Source: Escherichia phage vB_EcoM_Skers
Reading direction: 5' to 3' (one strand)
DNA: 64,000 nt
Sequence record: MW748999.1
Shown: one piece after another, positions 55,723 to 63,256 of the stretch
Layout: the number at the start of each line of letters is the position of its first letter
How positions within the stretch are numbered: the stretch's first letter is position 1
Notes under the pieces: model-generated
What the model was told of the DNA's origin: nothing
What the model saw: only the letters and a program-made list of their open reading frames with translations
The model's database searches: none
Made by a program: the position numbers and the translations under genes

Positions 55723-55914
55723 TTAGATTCCGGCGATCCTGCATATAGTTCTTGTATTAGCACCAATCAGGATCGCATTAACGACAACCATTCCCCAATC
55801 AACCCACTGATTATTATAAATGCTAAACCCGTTTGCAAGACCAAATACAAGCATTCCGGTACACATACTCAGAGCAATAATCAACATCACGGTAAAACCA
55901 AATGCAAATCTCAT
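55723..55914 (-). CDS. small hydrophobic membrane protein
   Basis: 63-aa ORF, two predicted TM segments. Confidence 0.3.
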   Translation of the reverse strand: MRFAFGFTVMLIIALSMCTGMLVFGLANGFSIYNNQWVDWGMVVVNAILIGANTRTICRIAGI

Positions 55915-55915
55915 A

Positions 55916-56182
55916 TTATTTTCCTTTTCTCTGTTTACGTTTATAAAAGTAATACATTACCTCATCGCGTCCGGTGATCCAACATGCTAGGGCGGTAAAC
56001 AGGTTTACAATTCCCAACACACCTACGGATGCGGCGCTGTCAACAGACATAGGAACAGTAAAGGCCATAGCTAACATAGCAACGCCACAAATGACATTAA
56101 GCACCATTATAATAAGACCGAAGAAAACCATTGTCAATCCTCCGACACAAGAAAACCAACAATCACGCCAGTGATAAGACAT
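55916..56182 (-). CDS. small hydrophobic membrane protein
   Basis: 88-aa ORF. Confidence 0.3.
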   Translation of the reverse strand: MSYHWRDCWFSCVGGLTMVFFGLIIMVLNVICGVAMLAMAFTVPMSVDSAASVGVLGIVNLFTALACWITGRDEVMYYFYKRKQRKGK

Positions 56183-56325
56183 GATGCGCCGCTAATCAGA
56201 CAACCCACACCAAGTGATTCCCACCAGATCAGAGAAGCGACAATAACACAGAATCCCCATACTACCGCAATCACAACATAGGCAAGGGTCGCCCAAAACA
56301 TATATTTGTTCATAATAAATCCCAT
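56134..56325 (-). CDS. small hydrophobic membrane protein
   Basis: 63-aa ORF. Confidence 0.3.
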   Translation of the reverse strand: MGFIMNKYMFWATLAYVVIAVVWGFCVIVASLIWWESLGVGCLISGASCLITGVIVGFLVSED

Positions 56326-56498
56326 TCACCAAACAAATAAGAAAAAAGCCATATCAACAGAAACGAGGCAATTGATCCGGCAAGCAAAATGATATTAGAG
56401 AATCCGCCGTCTATCCAGGCGACAAAACAGAATACGCCAGTATAGAAGCATAAACCCAGTACAAAGCATACTATAAGCAACCATAGATAAAACGCCAT
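56310..56498 (-). CDS. small hydrophobic membrane protein
   Basis: 62-aa ORF. Confidence 0.3.
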   Translation of the reverse strand: MAFYLWLLIVCFVLGLCFYTGVFCFVAWIDGGFSNIILLAGSIASFLLIWLFSYLFGEWDLL

Positions 56499-56559
56499 AG
56501 AAATCCCTCCAGTGAGCTAATTTAGTGCGGGTAGTACATTACCCTACCCGTATTGTTAA

Positions 56560-56718
56560 TCATCGCAGAGCTTCTTCTAGCGCGATCCCAAACCATCCAC
56601 AAACAACGCCCATACAGACAGCTACAAGAAGATTCATTCTCTCTTTAGGGATCATTGCAATCATAACAACAACCATACAGAAAGCCATTACCATTGAAGT
56701 TAACATTTGTTCAACCAT
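56560..56718 (-). CDS. small hydrophobic membrane protein (52 aa)
   Basis: ORF MVEQMLTSMVMAFCMVVVMIAMIP...; its 5' part is duplicated in the artifact at 56906-56978. Confidence 0.3.
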   Translation of the reverse strand: MVEQMLTSMVMAFCMVVVMIAMIPKERMNLLVAVCMGVVCGWFGIALEEALR

Positions 56719-56757
56719 TATCACACCTTTAAAGTCATAGACGCATAAACATTAATG

Positions 56758-57017
56758 GAAGAGCGTCGTGTAGGGTTGGGGGGTCGGGGGGCCAAACAAC
56801 GCCCATACAGACAGCTACAAGAAGATTCATTCTCTCTTTACACAACGAACACAAAACTCTACAGAAATCTAAACACTCAAAGTCTACACGACGCTCTTCC
56901 GATCTCTTTAGGGATCATTGCAATCATAACAACAACCATACAGAAAGCCATTACCATTGAAGTTAACATTTGTTCAACCATTATCACACCTTTAAAGTCA
57001 TAGACGCATAAACATTA
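56758..57017. other. probable assembly artifact: Illumina adapter sequence plus re-duplicated flanking phage sequence
   Basis: GGAAGAGCGTCGTGTAGGG (adapter reverse complement) + poly-G junk, then copy of 56601-56647, then ACACGACGCTCTTCCGATCT (adapter), then second copy of 56643-56757. Confidence 0.8.
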
Positions 57018-57322
57018 ATGCCAGGCCAGTTAGGATCGCAATTATACTCAACATCCCACAAATAAAGCGGTTTAGATGTATCAGCCAAGTTTTTAAAATC
57101 TTCTACCCACATTTCAAGGCTATAGGATGGATAAACTAGGCTATCATATCCGCCGTAACGTTGGCCTACTGGTCGGTCAGTAAAAACTACCTCAAGATCC
57201 GGTAATTCTTTTTCAAGGATAACCGCCAGCGCATAAATCAGACGGTCTTCCTTGTTACGCTGCCGAAGGACCGTTGTCAGTTGGTTTTTCTGGTTCACTA
57301 GCAAGCACCTCCACATTTTCAC
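56984..57322 (-). CDS. hypothetical protein (start uncertain, possibly GTG at ~57298)
   Basis: 112-aa ORF; its 3' end lies in the duplicated segment. Confidence 0.35.
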   Translation of the reverse strand: MKMWRCLLVNQKNQLTTVLRQRNKEDRLIYALAVILEKELPDLEVVFTDRPVGQRYGGYDSLVYPSYSLEMWVEDFKNLADTSKPLYLWDVEYNCDPNWPGINVYASMTLKV

Positions 57323-57575
57323 AGAATGAAATTTTCACAGACACAATTTTACCATAAGTGAAGAATGAATATACATTATCGAGATATTCAACGTCACCTA
57401 CAATCACATCAAACTGCGGATCAGCAACCGCCGCAACATATTCTACCAGTTCATCAAGAGAATGCAACTTAATTTCATCAATTCGGCTGTATTTGGTTGC
57501 ATCTTTAATTTTAAAACCACGTTCTTTCAGTTTGTCAATCAGAATTTCACGCGGAGTTTCAAACAGTTTGCTCAT
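57255..57575 (-). CDS. hypothetical acidic protein
   Basis: 106-aa minus-strand ORF. Confidence 0.35.
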   Translation of the reverse strand: MSKLFETPREILIDKLKERGFKIKDATKYSRIDEIKLHSLDELVEYVAAVADPQFDVIVGDVEYLDNVYSFFTYGKIVSVKISFCENVEVLASEPEKPTDNGPSAA

Positions 57576-57596
57576 AATATAATCCTCACATTAAAT

Positions 57597-57797
57597 CTAA
57601 AATTTGTTAACGACGAATTGCATAATTAGACTAATCACAAACATTGCAAACCAAGTATAAATGCAACAGATAAAAGCTACATACAATTCAATCTGGTCAG
57701 AGAATACACCGGGTAAAAGCATTAGCAAAATAACAACAGTAAAGACGCTAGCGATACCCGCAACAAAACCAATATCATTTTTCCTAATCGTCATCAA
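57597..57797 (-). CDS. small hydrophobic membrane protein
   Basis: 66-aa ORF. Confidence 0.3.
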   Translation of the reverse strand: MMTIRKNDIGFVAGIASVFTVVILLMLLPGVFSDQIELYVAFICCIYTWFAMFVISLIMQFVVNKF

Positions 57798-57991
57798 GTC
57801 ACCGTTTTGTAAAGAAACACAATAAAATCCAAGACAAGAAAGACAGTGTAAATGATCATCGTCAAGCCAGTAAACACTGTCAGATTTTCATCGTTAGTTA
57901 ATTCATAGTCGCCCATCCATACAATCACAAGATATAGCATTGAAATAATGGAAGCACATACGAAGTTGAAAAACATATTCTTGATCGTCAT
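57794..57991 (-). CDS. small hydrophobic membrane protein
   Basis: 65-aa ORF. Confidence 0.3.
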   Translation of the reverse strand: MTIKNMFFNFVCASIISMLYLVIVWMGDYELTNDENLTVFTGLTMIIYTVFLVLDFIVFLYKTVT

Positions 57992-57992
57992 A

Positions 57993-58175
57993 TTAACAAT
58001 CCTCGCGGCTTAAGTCAACTGCAATTGCATACAGCATAATGAATATGCTAGCAGATCCGAGAATCAATGCACCGTCACATTTTGAAACTCGCTCATCAAA
58101 ATGCAACATTATCAATCCGAGGATGTTAAAGGCGCATACCGCGCCTATGTTCGCTAACCAATTAATCTTTTTCAT
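57993..58175 (-). CDS. small hydrophobic membrane protein
   Basis: 60-aa ORF. Confidence 0.3.
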   Translation of the reverse strand: MKKINWLANIGAVCAFNILGLIMLHFDERVSKCDGALILGSASIFIMLYAIAVDLSREDC

Positions 58176-58183
58176 AATATACC

Positions 58184-58510
58184 TTAGAAAGAAACCGTTT
58201 TCAAGAAATCCAGATTTTCAGTACCGAAAACAGAAAAGTAGTGTTTTCCTTTTTCGGTTTTAGAGAAAGCGATTGTCTTCTCTACATGGTGACGGAAGCC
58301 AGACAGACGATCACCCAGGTCAAGGCGGCAAGCGTAAGTAGTGCCGTTTTCGAAAGTAACCTCGATTTGAGTTTTGTCATATTCGCTTTCATAGGCTTTT
58401 GCTGCCGCGTCCAGTGCTTTACGCTCGAAGTCTTCGAAGTGGAATACTTCGTTTGCGTTAGCGAATACAGAAGATTCAGAGAAGATAACTTTAACAGATA
58501 CTGGTTTCAT
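58184..58510 (-). CDS. hypothetical protein
   Basis: 108-aa ORF with SD. Confidence 0.4.
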   Translation of the reverse strand: MKPVSVKVIFSESSVFANANEVFHFEDFERKALDAAAKAYESEYDKTQIEVTFENGTTYACRLDLGDRLSGFRHHVEKTIAFSKTEKGKHYFSVFGTENLDFLKTVSF

Positions 58511-58601
58511 TTGATACTCCTTAGTGTGTTTCGATGAGGTAACTATACTCTAGCCACCTCATTAAGTTTTAACAAAAAGTGCTATTTTCTAGTTTAATGT
58601 A

Positions 58602-58745
58602 TCAATCCCAGACAATCCAAACCTGTATAGAAGACTTTGCATCTGGGTTATCTTTAAGGATTTTATCAATGGCATTGTTTAGCTTCTCTCTTGTTTTGAA
58701 CAAACCAACAATACAACCCATTGCTTGTAATTTAAAAACTGGCAT
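58602..58745 (-). CDS. hypothetical small protein (47 aa)
   Basis: ORF MPVFKLQAMGCIVGLFKTREKL... downstream of promoter cassette; not in track. Confidence 0.3.
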   Translation of the reverse strand: MPVFKLQAMGCIVGLFKTREKLNNAIDKILKDNPDAKSSIQVWIVWD

Positions 58746-58779
58746 TTACCCCCCCATATCTTCTCGTTTCGATGGGTGT

Positions 58780-58808
58780 ATTATGCTATACACCCTCTCG
58801 TATGTCAA
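58780..58808 (-). promoter_or_regulatory. promoter-hairpin cassette (TTGACA-17-CATAAT inside GGGTGTAT/ATACACCC palindrome)
   Basis: Minus-strand motifs. Confidence 0.45.
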
Positions 58809-58815
58809 CAACTTT

Positions 58816-59004
58816 TTAGTCTTTTTTCATAATTTCTAGAGCAGTTTCTACAGCACCTTTCCAACCTTCCCACATAATGGACATAGTAAGGAAGTTAAAG
58901 CACCCGCAGGAATCAACCTTTTTAGAGATAAACCACTCTAAAAACGCTTCGCTCATACCATGCTCTTTAGCGGATTCGCGTAATTGTTCAATTTGGTCTT
59001 CCAT
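58816..59004 (-). CDS. hypothetical small protein
   Basis: 62-aa ORF. Confidence 0.35.
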   Translation of the reverse strand: MEDQIEQLRESAKEHGMSEAFLEWFISKKVDSCGCFNFLTMSIMWEGWKGAVETALEIMKKD

Positions 59005-59026
59005 AGTATCACCTCAACACTTAACG

Positions 59027-59227
59027 TTATTCAAACTCAAACGGTCTATTCAACCTATTGTAAAAGTACATATAACAAGCAAAATTATGCTTTGGCTGTA
59101 CCGTATCAGATAGACACGCTTTTACAGCCTCGCGGTCCGATGGATCTACACCCTCAGCTTTAAGTAATGCTAAAATCTGGTTATAGCGTACTCTTAGTTG
59201 TACTAATGGTAATGGTTTATCCCCCAT
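59027..59227 (-). CDS. hypothetical small protein
   Basis: 66-aa ORF. Confidence 0.35.
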   Translation of the reverse strand: MGDKPLPLVQLRVRYNQILALLKAEGVDPSDREAVKACLSDTVQPKHNFACYMYFYNRLNRPFEFE

Positions 59228-59236
59228 ATTACCCCC

Positions 59237-59458
59237 TTATAGTTGATCAGCGATGTAAGCGTGACAAGCGCGGAGTTTCATTAATGCACTACCTTTCACT
59301 TCGCCTACGATGTTCATAACTTCTAAGCGGTCGGATGGATTCATCTTAGAGCACCAGATCTGGTTAGCCAATTCCAGTTTACTCATATTTGGTTCCATCT
59401 CAAACAGTTCACGCTCAAAGTCGATAATTTCTTTTGCTGCGTCTTTAAAGTTAATCAT
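59237..59458 (-). CDS. hypothetical small protein
   Basis: 73-aa ORF with GGAGAATCAAA SD. Confidence 0.4.
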   Translation of the reverse strand: MINFKDAAKEIIDFERELFEMEPNMSKLELANQIWCSKMNPSDRLEVMNIVGEVKGSALMKLRACHAYIADQL

Positions 59459-59487
59459 TTTGATTCTCCCGTTTCGTTGATGGTTGT

Positions 59488-59516
59488 ATTGTAGGGGAGT
59501 TATCCTCCCCTGTCAA
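59488..59516 (-). promoter_or_regulatory. promoter-hairpin cassette (TTGACA-17-TACAAT, GGGGAG/CTCCCC palindrome)
   Basis: Minus-strand motifs. Confidence 0.4.
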
Positions 59517-59524
59517 CACTTTTA

Positions 59525-59710
59525 TCAGAAATATGCAATATAGTTTGCCAGTCCTACAGAGTCATCATTCGGCATTGCTTTTACTGCCAGTTCAAACCCT
59601 GCTTCAACTTTCTGTTTAGCGGATTCTTCGTTATAACCCCAGATTACCAGAATAGCTACTACGTTTTCTTTGCTTACTGCTTTCAGTGCTTTAGTGATGC
59701 GACGTGCCAT
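59525..59710 (-). CDS. hypothetical small protein
   Basis: 61-aa ORF with SD. Confidence 0.4.
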   Translation of the reverse strand: MARRITKALKAVSKENVVAILVIWGYNEESAKQKVEAGFELAVKAMPNDDSVGLANYIAYF

Positions 59711-59756
59711 AATTTGATTCTCCGTTTAAGAAAGTGTGTTTCGTTTCGATAGGTGT

Positions 59757-59785
59757 ATTATGCTATAGGAGTGATCTGGTGTCAA
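59757..59785 (-). promoter_or_regulatory. promoter cassette (TTGACA-17-CATAAT)
   Basis: Minus-strand motifs upstream of ORF starting at 59710. Confidence 0.4.
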
Positions 59786-59810
59786 CAACTTTTTTAAAAA
59801 AATTTTAGGC

Positions 59811-59838
59811 AATAAAAAAGCCACTCCGAAGAGTGGCT
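59811..59838 (-). terminator. rho-independent terminator
   Basis: Hairpin AGCCACTCttcgGAGTGGCT followed by U-tract on the minus strand. Confidence 0.55.
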
Positions 59839-59983
59839 TATAGGGAAGGTAGCGAATCTTCCTTGTCTCCAACCTGCTAGCGGCCTAGCAAGTGAATGCT
59901 TTAGCGTACCGGATCGCCCACATACGCTGTAATAAATGCGGCTAGGTGACGTCCAAATCATTCTAACCGCGCTGTCTTTAGTT
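59839..59983 (-). ncRNA. candidate small non-coding RNA (~145-170 nt) between a late-promoter core and a terminator
   Basis: No convincing ORF or SD; several internal inverted repeats (CCTAGC/GCTAGG, GGAAG/CTTCC, TGCTAG/CTAGCA); bounded by TATAAATA and an intrinsic terminator. Confidence 0.25.
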
Positions 59984-59988
59984 CACTA

Positions 59989-60207
59989 TTATTTATATCG
60001 CTTTCTCTCGCGACGTTTTTGATCTTCTTCCTTGATAGAGTTAAATGCATCAAAAAGACACATGACACTAATAATAAACATAACCGTATTTTCTACGATA
60101 TCCCACGGCTTCGCATCAGTACAGATCCCCCAAACGGTAAGAAATGCAAATAGTGCAGAAGAGATCACAAGCATGATACTTGCTAAGATATAAAAAGTCA
60201 TTTTCAT
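59989..60207 (-). CDS. small hydrophobic membrane protein
   Basis: 72-aa ORF. Confidence 0.3.
   Translation of the reverse strand: MKMTFYILASIMLVISSALFAFLTVWGICTDAKPWDIVENTVMFIISVMCLFDAFNSIKEEDQKRRERKRYK
59990..59997 (-). promoter_or_regulatory. T4-type late promoter core (TATAAATA)
   Basis: Exact TATAAATA on the minus strand overlapping the stop of ORF 59989-60207. Confidence 0.35.
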
Positions 60208-60398
60208 GGTTTTACCTCAATTCTTCGATATTCATCACACATCCACGCAGTAAGCAAGAATCCCAACACATAAGCAACAAAATACGTTAATGCTTCTTCT
60301 GGTTCGGTGCTATGCGCCATCATCAGACCAGCGAGAAAGGTCTTAACAATCACATTTAAAATAATTAGCCACGCAAATAATTTCATCGTTTGCCCCAT
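60204..60398 (-). CDS. small hydrophobic membrane protein
   Basis: 64-aa ORF. Confidence 0.3.
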   Translation of the reverse strand: MGQTMKLFAWLIILNVIVKTFLAGLMMAHSTEPEEALTYFVAYVLGFLLTAWMCDEYRRIEVKP

Positions 60399-60622
60399 TT
60401 CGGTCGAGTCTTTTCAAACTTATACATTCCGTAACAATCTCGAATCATCCACGTAACAAGAGCACCAGTCAACACAGACAATACACAGAAGAAGTAAAAC
60501 GGTCCGGTTGCATTATCAACATGAGCAAGCCAGGTAAAGAAAACACATGCTAAGAATGTAAAGAACATCATAAAGCACAAGAAAGCGAAATATTTTATAC
60601 TACTCATAGCGCCACCATACAA
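60383..60622 (-). CDS. small hydrophobic membrane protein
   Basis: 79-aa ORF. Confidence 0.3.
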   Translation of the reverse strand: MYGGAMSSIKYFAFLCFMMFFTFLACVFFTWLAHVDNATGPFYFFCVLSVLTGALVTWMIRDCYGMYKFEKTRPKWGKR

Positions 60623-60710
60623 AAGATCATAAGAAAACCCAACGCAATAAGAATTGCATCAAATTTAGTGAACTCAGGTCCACCTATCAACATCATTCGT
60701 TCTATTTCGT

Positions 60711-60953
60711 TCATAGCGTACAAAGCCATTTAAAAGCACCACATAAAGCGAGCAGAATACTAGGTATAAACGAGATCAAAACAAGTTGGCAAAAATCATC
60801 TAAGGTAACACCGGAATAGCTACCTACTGTAACAACACCGATCATCAGACACAGAAAGAAAACAAATGCAATCATAAACAAAGTATTGCTAAACAGTTTA
60901 GTGATCATTAGACACCCCACGACAATCAATTTCAAAAACTTTTTTATCATCAA
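60711..60953 (-). CDS. small hydrophobic membrane protein
   Basis: 80-aa ORF. Confidence 0.3.
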   Translation of the reverse strand: MMIKKFLKLIVVGCLMITKLFSNTLFMIAFVFFLCLMIGVVTVGSYSGVTLDDFCQLVLISFIPSILLALCGAFKWLCTL

Positions 60954-61101
60954 CGAAGCATGTCACAACTGCCTCGTTGACTTCCGCAAATTGTTGTGTT
61001 ACCCACTTAAGGTCAGAGCGAAACAATGTTCTATTAATAACAAATGTTTTACCGCTCTTATCCTTACCCATAAATTTTGCTTTAACCATATCCAATTCCA
61101 T
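60898..61101 (-). CDS. hypothetical small protein
   Basis: 67-aa ORF. Confidence 0.3.
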   Translation of the reverse strand: MELDMVKAKFMGKDKSGKTFVINRTLFRSDLKWVTQQFAEVNEAVVTCFVDDKKVFEIDCRGVSNDH

Positions 61102-61110
61102 ATTATCACC

Positions 61111-61269
61111 TTATTTGCTAATCGCTAAACCCAATCCGAAGAGAGCACCCGATGCTACAGTATACCCGAAAGTTTCAAAGGCAGTAAAGATATCTAAGCC
61201 ACCAGCTAACAGAGTTGCAGTAAACAGAGTACCAGCTACGAACATAAAAGTTTTACCGATAAATTTCAT
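61111..61269 (-). CDS. small hydrophobic membrane protein (52 aa)
   Basis: ORF MKFIGKTFMFVAGTLFTATLLAGG... with GGAGAATCAAA SD; not in track. Confidence 0.3.
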   Translation of the reverse strand: MKFIGKTFMFVAGTLFTATLLAGGLDIFTAFETFGYTVASGALFGLGLAISK

Positions 61270-61299
61270 TTTGATTCTCCTTTCGTTTGTTTGTGGGGG

Positions 61300-61329
61300 T
61301 ATCTTACTACCCCCGTTTCATGTTGTCAA
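61300..61329 (-). promoter_or_regulatory. promoter-hairpin cassette (TTGACA-18-TAAGAT inside GGGGGTA/TACCCCC palindrome)
   Basis: Minus-strand motifs. Confidence 0.4.
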
Positions 61330-61335
61330 CTGTTT

Positions 61336-61710
61336 TTAAGAAAATTTTACTTCGTCTACAATGTCTTTCATGACATTGATTTCCATTCCGGTCAGAACAC
61401 GTTGGAACATGTGCTGCACATACGCTTTCAGGTATTCATTTGATGGCTTGCTATCGAAAGTCTTTTTAGTGTAGTAGTCATCACCGAAAGCTACTGTAAT
61501 TACATTTTCGTCGTCGTTCCAAGCGATATAAGCAAATTTGCCGTTATCCCAGAAGCGAGCACTAATTGCTACTTTTGTTGAATCGAATCCTACTTCGCTG
61601 TGAGATTCAAGAACTACTTGCGTGCCAGTTTCTTTATGAATGTAGTAGCGGGATACTAAGTCAAAGTTACGTGTGTAGTGACATTCGAATTTATCTTTAA
61701 ACATCATCAT
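61336..61710 (-). CDS. hypothetical protein (start at MMMFKDK)
   Basis: AGGAGAATCAAA SD before ATG at 61710; track ORF over-extended into the promoter. Confidence 0.4.
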   Translation of the reverse strand: MMMFKDKFECHYTRNFDLVSRYYIHKETGTQVVLESHSEVGFDSTKVAISARFWDNGKFAYIAWNDDENVITVAFGDDYYTKKTFDSKPSNEYLKAYVQHMFQRVLTGMEINVMKDIVDEVKFS

Positions 61711-61747
61711 TTTGATTCTCCTAAGTGTGTTTCGTTTCGATATGTGC

Positions 61748-61776
61748 ATTATGCTATAGTCGTTTATGGTTGTCAA
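61748..61776 (-). promoter_or_regulatory. promoter cassette (TTGACA-17-CATAAT)
   Basis: Same cassette as 36144-36171 and 48303-48331. Confidence 0.45.
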
Positions 61777-61781
61777 CACCT

Positions 61782-61817
61782 AAAAACAAAAAAAAAAACC
61801 CCGAAAAATTTTCGGGG
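61782..61817 (-). terminator. rho-independent terminator
   Basis: Hairpin CCCCGAAAAtTTTTCGGGG with long U-tract on the minus strand. Confidence 0.55.
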
Positions 61818-61824
61818 TATAAAA

Positions 61825-62295
61825 TTACAGTTTGGTCGTCCACTCCAGGTCTAGATCTTCGACATACTCATGAGATCGGACAATCTCTAAATCGAACTCT
61901 AGGTCAGTGCCAAATTTACGCGCACCAACATCATAAGAAAGCGTGATATGCGGTACATATTCAGGATAATCCCACGTCGCGCCTAAAGCAGTTCCGATAT
62001 CGTGTCTGAATTGCATGTAGTCGCTTTCAAATGCCAGCACAAGTGCATTAGTACCGGATTGAGTTTCAAACACTTTCAGATGACACAGAGAGCCTAAGAA
62101 CTTTTCCCCTTCTTCTGGGATAAACGGAACATATACACGAGAATATAAGATAGTGCTATGCAGTTTATCACGAGGAACGGCATTAGGCAGATCGTAGAAC
62201 TCCTGCAATTTTTCAATGCGGTCTAGTGTATCCTCAGTGAATTTAACCGCCGCATATGTACCTTTAACGGATTCTCTAAACGGGGTCATAATCAA
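61825..62295 (-). CDS. 2H-phosphoesterase (LigT-like), positional and motif equivalent of T4 57B/Acb1 anti-CBASS nuclease
   Basis: Two H-x-T/S-x motifs (HSTILYS and HITLSY) with spacing typical of 2H phosphoesterases; lies directly upstream of 57A and gene 1. Confidence 0.55.
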   Translation of the reverse strand: MIMTPFRESVKGTYAAVKFTEDTLDRIEKLQEFYDLPNAVPRDKLHSTILYSRVYVPFIPEEGEKFLGSLCHLKVFETQSGTNALVLAFESDYMQFRHDIGTALGATWDYPEYVPHITLSYDVGARKFGTDLEFDLEIVRSHEYVEDLDLEWTTKL

Positions 62296-62558
62296 GCCTC
62301 CGTGATCAGTTCTACTTCCTCTTTAGCGTCTTCCTCTGCTTCGTCTTTAGGGAGAAGTGCTTTCACTTCTTCGACAATAGCATCAAGGGAAACAGTGCCG
62401 TTTTCGTCTGGCTGAATACCCAGAATGCGTACCAGTTCCATCAATACACGCTCACGATCTTTCAGTTGGCCTTCTAAGAATGCGGCCTTTTCTTGAGTGT
62501 CAAACAGACGTACTTTCAGGACATTAATCATTTGTTCATGCTGATTGGACATATTCAC
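62292..62558 (-). CDS. 57A: tail-fibre assembly chaperone 57A
   Basis: 88-aa coiled-coil protein directly upstream of gene 1. Confidence 0.55.
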   Translation of the reverse strand: MNMSNQHEQMINVLKVRLFDTQEKAAFLEGQLKDRERVLMELVRILGIQPDENGTVSLDAIVEEVKALLPKDEAEEDAKEEVELITEA

Positions 62559-62584
62559 ATCTCCTACTTGTTGATAACTTTTTA

Positions 62585-63241
62585 TTAAATGTTCGCGAGA
62601 ATCGCGCTTTCAAATTCTTCTAATGTACCATTATTTATGATAATGGTTTCACCGTCAATAGGCAAAATTCCTTTTTCGGTGGAGTGAGTCGATACAATAC
62701 CAGTATCACGCTGAATATGCAACACCTTAGCACCCATAGCACGCACGAGAGCAATTTCAATAGGCTGACGCACATCAACCACTACAAAATAACCTTCTTC
62801 ATTTTTGCGCTTCATAAACTCATTCACAAAGAGATTACACCAATAAAGCGGATTGATCAAGTTAACCATTATATCAGTACCGAGAGTGGTTAACATGAGA
62901 CGAATAGACCAGACGTTATTATGTTTTTCGCCAATCTCATTAACGACCTTGTAAATCTCAGCCAGACGATCACAAGTAAAGGAACTACCGCCATACTTCG
63001 AATCTAGCATAAGCAGACACTGAATAAACCACTTATGCGCGGTATAGGTATCAATACCTAGATCGGCTTCTCTGTCACGCCCTAACCCGTCAAAGTCAAG
63101 ATAAGTCAGACCTAAGTCTGGTTGACATTCACATAAGATTTCTTTGATCGGTGCTGCCAGTTGATAACTATGTCCATCAATGATTAACGCGGCAGTGTCT
63201 TTTCCTACTCGCTTTTTACCACAAAGTGCAATCAATTTCAT
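62585..63241 (-). CDS. 1: deoxynucleoside monophosphate kinase
   Basis: MKLIALCGKKRVGKDT P-loop, MGAKVLHIQR and ST.HSTE blocks consistent with T4 gp1. Confidence 0.8.
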   Translation of the reverse strand: MKLIALCGKKRVGKDTAALIIDGHSYQLAAPIKEILCECQPDLGLTYLDFDGLGRDREADLGIDTYTAHKWFIQCLLMLDSKYGGSSFTCDRLAEIYKVVNEIGEKHNNVWSIRLMLTTLGTDIMVNLINPLYWCNLFVNEFMKRKNEEGYFVVVDVRQPIEIALVRAMGAKVLHIQRDTGIVSTHSTEKGILPIDGETIIINNGTLEEFESAILANI

Positions 63242-63256
63242 TATATAAGCCTCTTA

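Noticed and set aside
56525-57003. Plus-strand ORFs 56525-56740 and 56755-57003 (the latter an 82-aa ORF beginning MEERRVGLGGRGAKQRPY)
   Set aside because: The second spans the Illumina adapter/poly-G insert and both are antisense to real small membrane genes; products of the assembly artifact, not genes.
59839-59983. 55-aa ORF (MIWTSPSRIYYSV...) reading through the candidate sRNA region and the terminator
   Set aside because: No SD, Arg/Trp-rich low-complexity translation, and it runs through an intrinsic terminator hairpin; an RNA interpretation is more plausible.
4509-61776. Possibility that the repeated intergenic elements form a CRISPR array
   Set aside because: Copies are scattered over 57 kb between genes, are not regularly spaced, differ in length and consist of recognisable promoter hexamers, hairpins and SD sequences.
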